From positions 7,857-71,856 of the forward strand of contig CAYQPU010000001.1 in NCBI GenBank assembly GCA_964419615.1: a stretch of DNA of 64,000 nucleotides, written 5' to 3'. The translations under genes and the position numbers were made by a program. This stretch comes from an uncultured Methanosarcinales archaeon. GTDB lineage: Archaea > Nanobdellota > Nanobdellia > Woesearchaeales > JAGVZT01. How positions within the stretch are numbered: the stretch's first letter is position 1; each line of letters starts with the position of its first letter. A model generated the notes under the pieces. The model saw nothing but the letters and a program-made list of their open reading frames with translations. It did no database searches and had not been told where the DNA came from. Of this stretch, positions 47,905 through 56,199 are shown in pieces.

Positions 47905-48936
47905 TTAAACTGGATGAAGGCCTGGAAATTCAAGTCCAAGGGTTTCTTTGAAACCACTCATTAGATTCATTGACTGAACTGCTTGACCTGCTCCTCCTTT
48001 CATTAGATTGTCAATAGCGCCCATTACAACTAACCGGTTTGATTTTGGATCTACCTCAAATCCTACTTCACATATGTTTGTTCCTGCAAGTATTTTTGGT
48101 TCAGGGTATCTATATACTCCAGTTCGCTTTTTTACTAGTCTTACAAAAGGTTCATCTTTGTAGGCTTGCCGATATGTATTCCAGATTTGTTTTTCATCAA
48201 CTCCATCTTTTAAAAAAAGGTGAGATGTTGCCAAGATTCCTCTTATTAATTCAATTGAAGTTCCTGAGAAATGAACAGTTGGTTTGTGGCGAAAGTTTAG
48301 TTCTTGCTCTACTTCTGCTGTGTGTCTGTGACCTGTTGGCTTAAATGATCTTACAGCATGTGATCTTTCTGAGTGATGCGAGGCAAGGCTTGGCTTGTTT
48401 CCTGATGCCGAGCTTCCTACCTTTGCTTCAGTGATCACTGTTGATTCAACAAGGTTGTTTTTAAACAAAGGATATAGTCCTGTGATTGTTGCTGTGGCTA
48501 GACATCCTGTTCCTGCAACTAGATCTGCTTTTTTTATTTTTTCTCTATGTAGTTCAGCCATGCCATAAACAAATTTACTTAAGTATTCTGGATTAGGATG
48601 ATCTTCACCATACCACTTTTGATAGTCTTCTTTTTGTCTTAATCTAAAGTCTCCGCTAAGATCAATTATTTTTCCTGCTTTTTGCTGGAGCTCTGTTATT
48701 TTTTTCATTGCTAATCCATGGGGCAGTGCTAAAAATAATATGTCTGATTCTTCTAGATCATTTATTGTTGAAAATTTCAAGTTGTGGCCTCGAAGGTTTG
48801 GATGTACATCATGGACAAATTTTCCTGCAAATCTTTCTGAGGTTACTTGTTTTAGTTTTACTTTTGGATGTCCTAAGAGAAGTCTTACAGCTTCTCCACC
48901 TATGTAACCGCTCGCTCCAACTACACTTACTTTCAT
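47905..48936 (-). CDS. lysY: N-acetyl-gamma-glutamyl-phosphate / [LysW]-aminoadipyl-phosphate reductase (ArgC/LysY)
   Basis: VVGASGYIGGE NAD(P) motif and catalytic GCLATA. Confidence 0.85.
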   Translation of the reverse strand: MKVSVVGASGYIGGEAVRLLLGHPKVKLKQVTSERFAGKFVHDVHPNLRGHNLKFSTINDLEESDILFLALPHGLAMKKITELQQKAGKIIDLSGDFRLRQKEDYQKWYGEDHPNPEYLSKFVYGMAELHREKIKKADLVAGTGCLATATITGLYPLFKNNLVESTVITEAKVGSSASGNKPSLASHHSERSHAVRSFKPTGHRHTAEVEQELNFRHKPTVHFSGTSIELIRGILATSHLFLKDGVDEKQIWNTYRQAYKDEPFVRLVKKRTGVYRYPEPKILAGTNICEVGFEVDPKSNRLVVMGAIDNLMKGGAGQAVQSMNLMSGFKETLGLEFPGLHPV

Positions 48937-49775
48937 TTTTTTGCCTCCTTGATTAAATAATTAACAATTTTTTCTGGAATATTAACTCCAGTTGTATCAA
49001 TGCTGTTTCTAAATTCCATTGTATGATTGATTTCATTTATTATCATTCCATTGTCTGTTTCAAATATATCCATTGCTAAGATTCCACCACCAACTGCTTT
49101 AGCAGCCTTTAAACAGATATTATTGATCTCTTCTGTTATTGGGCAGTTAGTTGCCGTGCCACCTCTTGCTGTGTTGGTTATCCAATGGTCTGAAGCTCTG
49201 TAAATTGCACAAATTGTTTCATTTCCTACTACAAATGCCCTTATATCCCTTCCTGGTTTTTTTATGTATTCATTAATAAAAAAAACTGAGTGATGGTATG
49301 AACCAAGTACTTGTTTGTGTTCAAGTACTGTTTCTGCAGCAGCTTCATTATCAATTTTTGACAAGAGTCTTCCCCAAGAACCTATTGCCGGTTTTAAGAC
49401 TACTGGATAACCAAATTCTTGTATTGCTTTCATTGCGCTTTCCCTTGAAAATGCAACTTTCACTCTTACCGCAGGTACTTTGTTTTTTTCCAAAGCAAGT
49501 GTTGTTAATATTTTATCTCCACATGTTCGTACTACTTTTGGTTTATTTACTATTTTTATATCATGATCATCTAGGATTTTTGTGATATGTCTTGATCTTG
49601 AAAAATTGATGCTTCTATCTATTATTATATCTGTTTCAAAGACTGGTGTTTTTTCCAAACAAAAAGTTAAATCTCTATCATCAATTCTTACTAATTCAGC
49701 TTTGCTCTTCTTTATAGTCTCAAATAGTAATTTCTCTTCACGTCTAACCCTTGAGCATATGACTCCAATTTTCAT
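48933..49775 (-). CDS. lysX: RimK-type ATP-grasp ligase, LysX/ArgX family (paralog 1)
   Basis: ATP-grasp blocks GYPVVLKPAIGSWGR, FFINEYIKKPGRDIR. Confidence 0.8.
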   Translation of the reverse strand: MKIGVICSRVRREEKLLFETIKKSKAELVRIDDRDLTFCLEKTPVFETDIIIDRSINFSRSRHITKILDDHDIKIVNKPKVVRTCGDKILTTLALEKNKVPAVRVKVAFSRESAMKAIQEFGYPVVLKPAIGSWGRLLSKIDNEAAAETVLEHKQVLGSYHHSVFFINEYIKKPGRDIRAFVVGNETICAIYRASDHWITNTARGGTATNCPITEEINNICLKAAKAVGGGILAMDIFETDNGMIINEINHTMEFRNSIDTTGVNIPEKIVNYLIKEAKK

Positions 49776-50602
49776 TTTAGGCTCACCATGTAATCTATAA
49801 TATCATCTGTTATTTTTTCATCTAGATGAGGGAAGTAAACACTAAATTCAGGTGTATAATCTACTTCTAACACTTGTATTCCTTTACGAGATTCAAGCAT
49901 ATCAACACATACAAAATCTCCGTTTACTGCATTTTTTGCCTTTAAGGCCAATTTTTTGATTTTTGGAGTGACTGTGCATTTAGATATGCTTGCTCCTTTG
50001 TCTATATGAGTTATCCAATGTTTTGAATTACGGTAAATTGCATATACTTTGTTCCCTACAACAAATACCCTTATGTCTCTGCCGTGTTTCTCAATGTATT
50101 CTTGAACATAGTATACTGAGTGGTGATATGTTCCAAGATTCTTTTTATGATAGACAATTGCTTCAGCTGCTTCTTTATCATTGATTTTTGCAAGAAGTTT
50201 ACCCCAAGAGCCAATGGCTGGTTTTAGTATGACTGGGTAACCCATTTCCTCGATTATATCAAGTGCTTTTTCTGGTGTGAAGGCTATTTGTACTTTTGGT
50301 GTTGGAATTTTGTTCATGATTAAGGCTTCTGTAACTGAGAACTTGCTGCCGCAGATTTGAGCAGTTCTACCTGAGTTTACTGTTTTTACTCCAAAACTGT
50401 TTAGAATATTAAGTGCATACATTGCTGTTAAATGATTCATGCATCTTTCTAGAACAATATCATGATCAAATCCATTTTTTCCTATGTCAAATAGTAGATC
50501 TTGCACTTTAATTAAGTCTAGTTCAATGCCTTTTTTATTAGCTGCAGCTATTAGAAGCTTTTCATCTTTTCTAATTCGCTCATATAGCATTCCAATTTTC
50601 AT
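49772..50602 (-). CDS. argX: RimK-type ATP-grasp ligase, LysX/ArgX family (paralog 2)
   Basis: GYPVILKPAIGSWGK, YVQEYIEKHGRDIR; tandem paralog of previous gene. Confidence 0.8.
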   Translation of the reverse strand: MKIGMLYERIRKDEKLLIAAANKKGIELDLIKVQDLLFDIGKNGFDHDIVLERCMNHLTAMYALNILNSFGVKTVNSGRTAQICGSKFSVTEALIMNKIPTPKVQIAFTPEKALDIIEEMGYPVILKPAIGSWGKLLAKINDKEAAEAIVYHKKNLGTYHHSVYYVQEYIEKHGRDIRVFVVGNKVYAIYRNSKHWITHIDKGASISKCTVTPKIKKLALKAKNAVNGDFVCVDMLESRKGIQVLEVDYTPEFSVYFPHLDEKITDDIIDYMVSLK

Positions 50603-51741
50603 CGATATACACCCGGTAATTGTACACTTGGATTAACTTCTCTAATTATTCTCACAATCTGTGAATCTCCTAATACATTGCTATCTCTATTTTTTATTAA
50701 ACTAATTACCTCACTAAAAAATTCTTCTGGAAGCTCTATTCCCATCAGATCCAGCTTATATTGTAGAGCTGGCTTACTTACAAATTTATCAATTATAATT
50801 TCTCTTTGGCCACCTACCAAATCAGTAAACCCATTTTCATAATGGTCAGGACTTGATAAGACTGCTGACACGTGTAATCCTGCATTATGAGTAAATGCAT
50901 AACCCCCTACAAAGGGTTCCTGCTCTGGTATTAAAATTGCAGAATATTTTTCCACAATAGAAGATAATTCTTGAATTACATCAAAATTCCATTCATTTGT
51001 AACATTGAAATCATGTTTTAAAAGAGTACACACACTTGCAAGTGAAGCTATTCCTGTTCTTTCACCTAGTCCATTAACTGTTACATCAATTACACTTGCT
51101 CCAGCTCTGTATGCTGCAATTGAGTTTGCAGTCGCCATTCCTTTGTCATTATGACAATGTACATGAAGATCTACATCTAGTTCTTGTGATAGTCTTAAAA
51201 CATAGTCATACATTTGCCAAGGTAGCATACAGCCTGCTGTATCAGCAATACTGATTCTGTCTGCTCCAGCTTGCACAGCAGCTCTTGCTACTCTTACAAC
51301 TCGGTCAAAATCACTTCTAACAGTGTCTTCAGGTGTGTATCGAACTTTTAATCCATATTGTTTTGCATGTTTTATTGTATCAGTTATGATTCTTGTTGCA
51401 TCTTCTTCAGATTTTCGATACATCTCTTCCATTCTCTTATCTTTAAGACTGTAAAAAATTCCAACCCAGTCTGCTCCAAATTGATGGGCATAGTCTATGT
51501 CAGAAGACACAGCCATACAGTGAACTAAGAATTCGGCTCTAAGATCAAGCATGCAGATTTTCTCAACAGCTTTTCTAATACTTGGACTAACTGCTGGGTG
51601 ACCTACTTCAATTATTTCAGCACCAAATTCATCAAGAAGCTTTGCAATTTCTATTTTTTCATTTACTGTAAAGCTTACATATGGTGTTTGTTCACCTTCT
51701 CTTAGTGTACTGTCCAATATGGCAATACTCATTGACCCCAA
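50599..51741 (-). CDS. Homocitrate synthase / 2-isopropylmalate synthase family (HMGL-like)
   Basis: DSTLREGEQ, HCHNDKGMATANS motifs. Confidence 0.75.
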   Translation of the reverse strand: MGSMSIAILDSTLREGEQTPYVSFTVNEKIEIAKLLDEFGAEIIEVGHPAVSPSIRKAVEKICMLDLRAEFLVHCMAVSSDIDYAHQFGADWVGIFYSLKDKRMEEMYRKSEEDATRIITDTIKHAKQYGLKVRYTPEDTVRSDFDRVVRVARAAVQAGADRISIADTAGCMLPWQMYDYVLRLSQELDVDLHVHCHNDKGMATANSIAAYRAGASVIDVTVNGLGERTGIASLASVCTLLKHDFNVTNEWNFDVIQELSSIVEKYSAILIPEQEPFVGGYAFTHNAGLHVSAVLSSPDHYENGFTDLVGGQREIIIDKFVSKPALQYKLDLMGIELPEEFFSEVISLIKNRDSNVLGDSQIVRIIREVNPSVQLPGVYR

Positions 51742-51890
51742 TCCTCTTCAGCCTCAGGAGCAAGTTCTAATGCTAAAGGATCCAAGGCTCTTACTTCTAG
51801 TTCAGCTCCACAATCCCCACAGTTTACAACTTCTCCCACTTCAACTTCTCCGATTTTAATATTTGCTCCACATTCTGGACAATCTACCAT
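51729..51890 (-). CDS. lysW: LysW amino-group carrier protein (53 aa, absent from ORF track)
   Basis: Own translation of minus strand: MVDCPECGANIKIGEVEVGEVVNCGDCGAELEVRALDPLALELAPEAEEDWGQ; zinc ribbon CPEC...CGDCG and C-terminal EDWGQ typical of LysW; 13-nt overlap with downstream gene. Confidence 0.75.
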   Translation of the reverse strand: MVDCPECGANIKIGEVEVGEVVNCGDCGAELEVRALDPLALELAPEAEEDWGQ

Positions 51891-52160
51891 ATTTTTACCT
51901 CCGTTTGTTTAGATTTATTCATATTATGTTATTTGCCTGTTTAATTTTTCATATTGAAAACCTTGGCAAAATAAGACAATGAAGAGCTAACGCTGTTCTA
52001 ATTTAAATTTTGATTTAGCCATAATCATATTATCTCTCATTGTACACACACAAAATATATTCTAATAGTTAGATTATTTAAGAATCATAAAAGGTTATAT
52101 TAACTTAATGTTATTATTTTAACAAAATTTATAAGTAATTGTTATTTCTTAATATTTAAA

Positions 52161-52817
52161 ATGGTAACCATTTCCCATATTGTTTCAGAAAAATTGTCCA
52201 AACGCCCATTTTTGCAGGAAGCTCTTTCAAGAGGACTGATCAACTACGGTGCTTTAGCTGATGATTTAATTCCCATAGTTGAAACAACTCTTCACAAAAA
52301 AGTCAAACATTCTGCAGTGATGATGGCGATTAGAAGATATACTGAAAATGTCCGGAAAAATGAGTTTAAGCAAATTGAATTTTTTAAAGGTACAGATTTG
52401 AGTGTCAGATCTAATTTATGTGAGATTACTTTCCAGCGTTCAACCAAAACATTGGACAAAATAATGTTGATATATGATATTATTAATCCTAATCAAGGAG
52501 ATATGCTTAATATAATTCAAGGTAACTATGAAATAACAATTATTTCAAATCAATCTCTAAAAAAACAGATTATCAAGATAGTTGGCAAAAGTAATATGAT
52601 TAAGTGCTTTGATAAGCTTTCTTCAGTTTCAATTCGTTATCGTGAGGAGATCATTCACACACCTGGTTTTATTTTGGCTTGTGTGAAAGCAATATCCTGG
52701 GAACAGATTAATATTGTTGAAATTGTATCAGCAATGACTGAATTAACTTTTATTCTGGCAGAAAAAGATGCAATTCCTGCCTTTGAGATTCTACAAAACT
52801 TAATTTCCAGCAATTAG
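52161..52817 (+). CDS. ACT-domain protein resembling aspartokinase regulatory region
   Basis: C-terminal ...GFILACVKAISWEQINIVEIVSAMTELTFIL pattern typical of ACT domains; divergent from the lysW operon. Confidence 0.4.
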   Translation: MVTISHIVSEKLSKRPFLQEALSRGLINYGALADDLIPIVETTLHKKVKHSAVMMAIRRYTENVRKNEFKQIEFFKGTDLSVRSNLCEITFQRSTKTLDKIMLIYDIINPNQGDMLNIIQGNYEITIISNQSLKKQIIKIVGKSNMIKCFDKLSSVSIRYREEIIHTPGFILACVKAISWEQINIVEIVSAMTELTFILAEKDAIPAFEILQNLISSN

Positions 52818-52989
52818 ATGGTCTTAAAACATAGTTTTTTAAATCAACCAATTTTTATCATAGCACTTTAAGGTAATCTATCGTTACATAACCGCTTCAT
52901 TAAAAAGTGGTAGTAAATTTACTACATTTTAAAGTAACAAAAAATCAAAAAATTAATATAGGAGTTGATTATATTCAAGATCAAAGGGG

Positions 52990-53496
52990 ATGAATTTGAA
53001 AAAGTTAATTTTAATTGGTTTGATATTGTTGATAACGTGCATGGTTCTTGCACAAGAGGAAGCAATTCCTGAGCTTATTAGTGTTGAAGATCCTCAGGAT
53101 GTTCCCCCAGCAGAACCTGTTCAAGAGTTGGAAGTTGAGATTGTCGGAGAAGAAAAGGGGTCAGCTATGGAAAGTTTATCACAGCTAAAAACAAAGGTGA
53201 TTGGCTGGTTCTCTTTTGTTGCTAGTAGAAATTATTTATCTGCTGCAAAAAATCTTGCAAGTAATGTTTTAGGATTGAAACTATGGATTAAGATTGCTAT
53301 ATCTGTTGCTATTGTAATAATTGCATTGATTGTTTGGGCATCTTTGTTCAAAGATTCAAAACGTAACAATATGCGAAGAGCAAGAAAACTGCATAAAAAA
53401 GCAAAAAAAGCTCATGACAAGGGTGATGAAGATAAAGCAACTGCTTTGTATCAAAGATCAGCTGAATACCGAGAAAAAGCCCAGGAGCAATGGTAA
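52990..53496 (+). CDS. Small membrane-anchored protein with basic C-terminal tail
   Basis: Signal/TM at N-terminus, second TM, tail KRNNMRRARKLHKKAKKAHDKGDEDKA; 7-nt overlap with next gene. Confidence 0.45.
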   Translation: MNLKKLILIGLILLITCMVLAQEEAIPELISVEDPQDVPPAEPVQELEVEIVGEEKGSAMESLSQLKTKVIGWFSFVASRNYLSAAKNLASNVLGLKLWIKIAISVAIVIIALIVWASLFKDSKRNNMRRARKLHKKAKKAHDKGDEDKATALYQRSAEYREKAQEQW

Positions 53497-54206
53497 AAAT
53501 GGAATGGTTTGAAGAACTTGATTTTGATGAGAATCCTTTTGATACTAATCCAAAAAAGTATCCAGAAAAATTAGTTGGATTAACAGAGATATTTGAAGAT
53601 CTTATTTATAGAATAGAATCTGGGGCAATGGTCTTTTTGGAAGGTAAAGAAGGTTTTGGAAAGACTTCCTTGCTTTGGAATGCTATAAAGAAAAAAAGAG
53701 GAAAGGGAAAGATAATTTATGTTGATTGTGATATGCTTGATGAAGACTTGAATATTGAAAAGCTAATGATCAACAGGCATGGTCTTTCTGGGAAACTGTT
53801 TAAAACAAAACCAAAAGGTATGATTCTGCTGCTTGACAATGTTACAGCACTCAGTAAACTTAATTCAGAAAGAGTTAAGTACTTTTTTGACCAGGGTTAT
53901 CTTAGGTCAATTGTTTTTACTGGAAAAAGTTTTGGGAAAGTTAATTTTTCAAAAAGCCTAAAGCAAAGAATTGGAAGTAGAGTATTGAATATTAAGTCTG
54001 TTGACAAGTACCAAGCAATTGCTATTGTCAGAAACAGGATTCAAGATCTTAATATGATATCTGATGATCTTATTGAAGAGGTTTTCCAAAAATCAGGTGA
54101 GAATCCAAAAAGATTGTTAGAGAATTGTGAAAAGCTTTTTGGTCATGTGATTGAGAGTAATGAAGATAAAATAACTAAAAAGCACTTGAAAGTAATAGAG
54201 GGATAA
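53490..54206 (+). CDS. Archaeal-type P-loop ATPase (Arch_ATPase-like), Walker B lacks Glu (LLLDNV)
   Basis: DENPF, FLEGKEGFGKTSLL Walker A, ILLLDNV. Confidence 0.6.
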   Translation: MVKMEWFEELDFDENPFDTNPKKYPEKLVGLTEIFEDLIYRIESGAMVFLEGKEGFGKTSLLWNAIKKKRGKGKIIYVDCDMLDEDLNIEKLMINRHGLSGKLFKTKPKGMILLLDNVTALSKLNSERVKYFFDQGYLRSIVFTGKSFGKVNFSKSLKQRIGSRVLNIKSVDKYQAIAIVRNRIQDLNMISDDLIEEVFQKSGENPKRLLENCEKLFGHVIESNEDKITKKHLKVIEG

Positions 54207-54207
54207 A

Positions 54208-55128
54208 ATGTTATGGTATAAAGAATGGGGATTTCATGATAATCCTTTTAGTATAAAACCTGCTGCTTTTAACAGCATTGTAGTTGGATATGATCTATCT
54301 GAGATCTTTGAGAAAATTGATAATGGTGAAATATTGTTTCTCGAAGGAAAATTTGGTTATGGAAAAACAACTATACTAAAGCATATTATTAGCAGATACG
54401 GTGGTAGAAGAGAAGTTGCGTATTATAATTGCAACAGAAAAGAAGGTGACGTTGAAGTTGAGAGTGTCCTGAGAGGAAAGTATGGTTTGCTTGGCAAATT
54501 GTTTCTTGGAACTCCAAATAACATGATTCTTTTGCTTGATGAAGTAGGTAGTCTGTCTGAATCTGACCAGCAGGAATTATTAAGACTTCATTCAGAAGGC
54601 AATTTAAAATCTGTTGTACTCTTCGGACCAAAATTTGAATTGGTTAATGTGATTGCAGACTTAAAGCAAAAATTGGTTGATAATGTAATTGAATTAACGA
54701 AGTTAAGTGACGAAGAGGCAATTGAACTAGTGAGACAAAGGATTGGCAATGTTAAATTATTATCAGATGAGATTATTAAAAGAGTATATGAAAGTTCTGA
54801 TAAAACTCCTAGAGTGTTGCTTGAAAATCTTGAAGACTTGTGCAAATATGCTGTTGAGAATAATGAAGAAGAAGTTACAGAGGATCATTTAAAGGATGTT
54901 CTTGACATCAAGAAAACAAAAAAGAAAAAACCTAAGGCAGTGGCAGTTGTAAAAAAGAAAAAACCTAAAAAGGAAGCAAAGAAAGAAGGCAAAAAAGAAA
55001 AGGTTGAAGAGAAAACAGAAACTAAAGAGAAAGAAAAACCTAAGGAAAAAGTAAAACAAGGACCAAAGGGACTTCAAACACCTCAGGAAATTGCTGAAGA
55101 AAAAGAAGCTGAATTTTTTTATTATTGA
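54208..55128 (+). CDS. Archaeal-type P-loop ATPase paralog with about 80-aa poly-Lys/Glu C-terminal tail
   Basis: HDNPF, FLEGKFGYGKTTIL Walker A, ILLLDEVG Walker B; tail KKTKKKKPKAVAVVKKKKPKKEAKKEGKKEK... Confidence 0.6.
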   Translation: MLWYKEWGFHDNPFSIKPAAFNSIVVGYDLSEIFEKIDNGEILFLEGKFGYGKTTILKHIISRYGGRREVAYYNCNRKEGDVEVESVLRGKYGLLGKLFLGTPNNMILLLDEVGSLSESDQQELLRLHSEGNLKSVVLFGPKFELVNVIADLKQKLVDNVIELTKLSDEEAIELVRQRIGNVKLLSDEIIKRVYESSDKTPRVLLENLEDLCKYAVENNEEEVTEDHLKDVLDIKKTKKKKPKAVAVVKKKKPKKEAKKEGKKEKVEEKTETKEKEKPKEKVKQGPKGLQTPQEIAEEKEAEFFYY

Positions 55129-55149
55129 AATGTTTTGGTGAACTTTTCT

Positions 55150-56061
55150 TTAGTTATTTATTTTTTTAAGTGCATTATTTTTTTTTGAAGTTTTCATCAG
55201 TTGAATAACAATACCTGCAACAATAAGCACTAATCCAATAATCGAAGCAAAGGGGATAGTTTCATTATTTAAAAAGTAGACAAATATTAGAGATAAAAAA
55301 GGATTCACATAAACAATATTTGCCATTTTATGTGTGTGTCCGATTTTCAGTGCTTTGAACCAAAAAACAAATCCGATTGAATTTGCTAAACCACCCAAAA
55401 ACAATAATGATAATATTGTGGTAGGTGATGTTGGAATAGTAAATTTGGAAACCACTAGCATTGTTGGTGTAATCAATATAAAAGAGGAAGTATAATACAC
55501 CAGCATACTTGTAAACTTTTCATGTTCATGCTTTTTTCCTAGTACTGAAAACAAACCATAACATATTGCTGCTCCTAAAGCAAGGAGATATCCACGAGCA
55601 TATTCATTTTGAAAACTCGTGAAAGTACCTTTAGTAAAAACAATAAATGCTCCAATGAAACTAATTAGTATAGCAATAATGGTTTTTTGATTCCATTTTT
55701 CATGGAGTAAAAATATTGAAAAAATTACAATGAAAATTGGCCAGAGATAATTAATCATATTTGCCTGACCTGCAGGTGCTATATTAAAACTTCCATATAG
55801 TAAAATATAATACATATACAAACCAAGAAATCCCATACCAAACATCTTTGCATAATCTGATTTCTTATATTCTTTAAACAGTTTATACTTATTTTGGAAT
55901 TTAATAATTAATGAAAGAGTTATTATACCAACAATATTGTTGTAAAATAGAATTTGAAAGTTATTAAGTTCATTCAAAGCCAGTTTAGCAACAGCAGGTA
56001 CAGCTGACCACATTAAAATTGTAAGGATCAAGTAAGAATATGCTGACATCTCTTTTTTCAT
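55150..56061 (-). CDS. EamA/DMT family transporter
   Basis: 10 predicted TM helices in two 5-TM halves. Confidence 0.75.
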   Translation of the reverse strand: MKKEMSAYSYLILTILMWSAVPAVAKLALNELNNFQILFYNNIVGIITLSLIIKFQNKYKLFKEYKKSDYAKMFGMGFLGLYMYYILLYGSFNIAPAGQANMINYLWPIFIVIFSIFLLHEKWNQKTIIAILISFIGAFIVFTKGTFTSFQNEYARGYLLALGAAICYGLFSVLGKKHEHEKFTSMLVYYTSSFILITPTMLVVSKFTIPTSPTTILSLLFLGGLANSIGFVFWFKALKIGHTHKMANIVYVNPFLSLIFVYFLNNETIPFASIIGLVLIVAGIVIQLMKTSKKNNALKKINN

Positions 56062-56199
56062 ATCTTAACAAAATTTGCTTTAATTAAAAAATGTTTCTAG
56101 AAACAGTTTCAGTTTTCAAACAAAATAATATACTAGTGCATATTCTTTGGTCCTCCATTAATAAAGTTTTTAAATAACACACTCATTCTAGCATGTACA

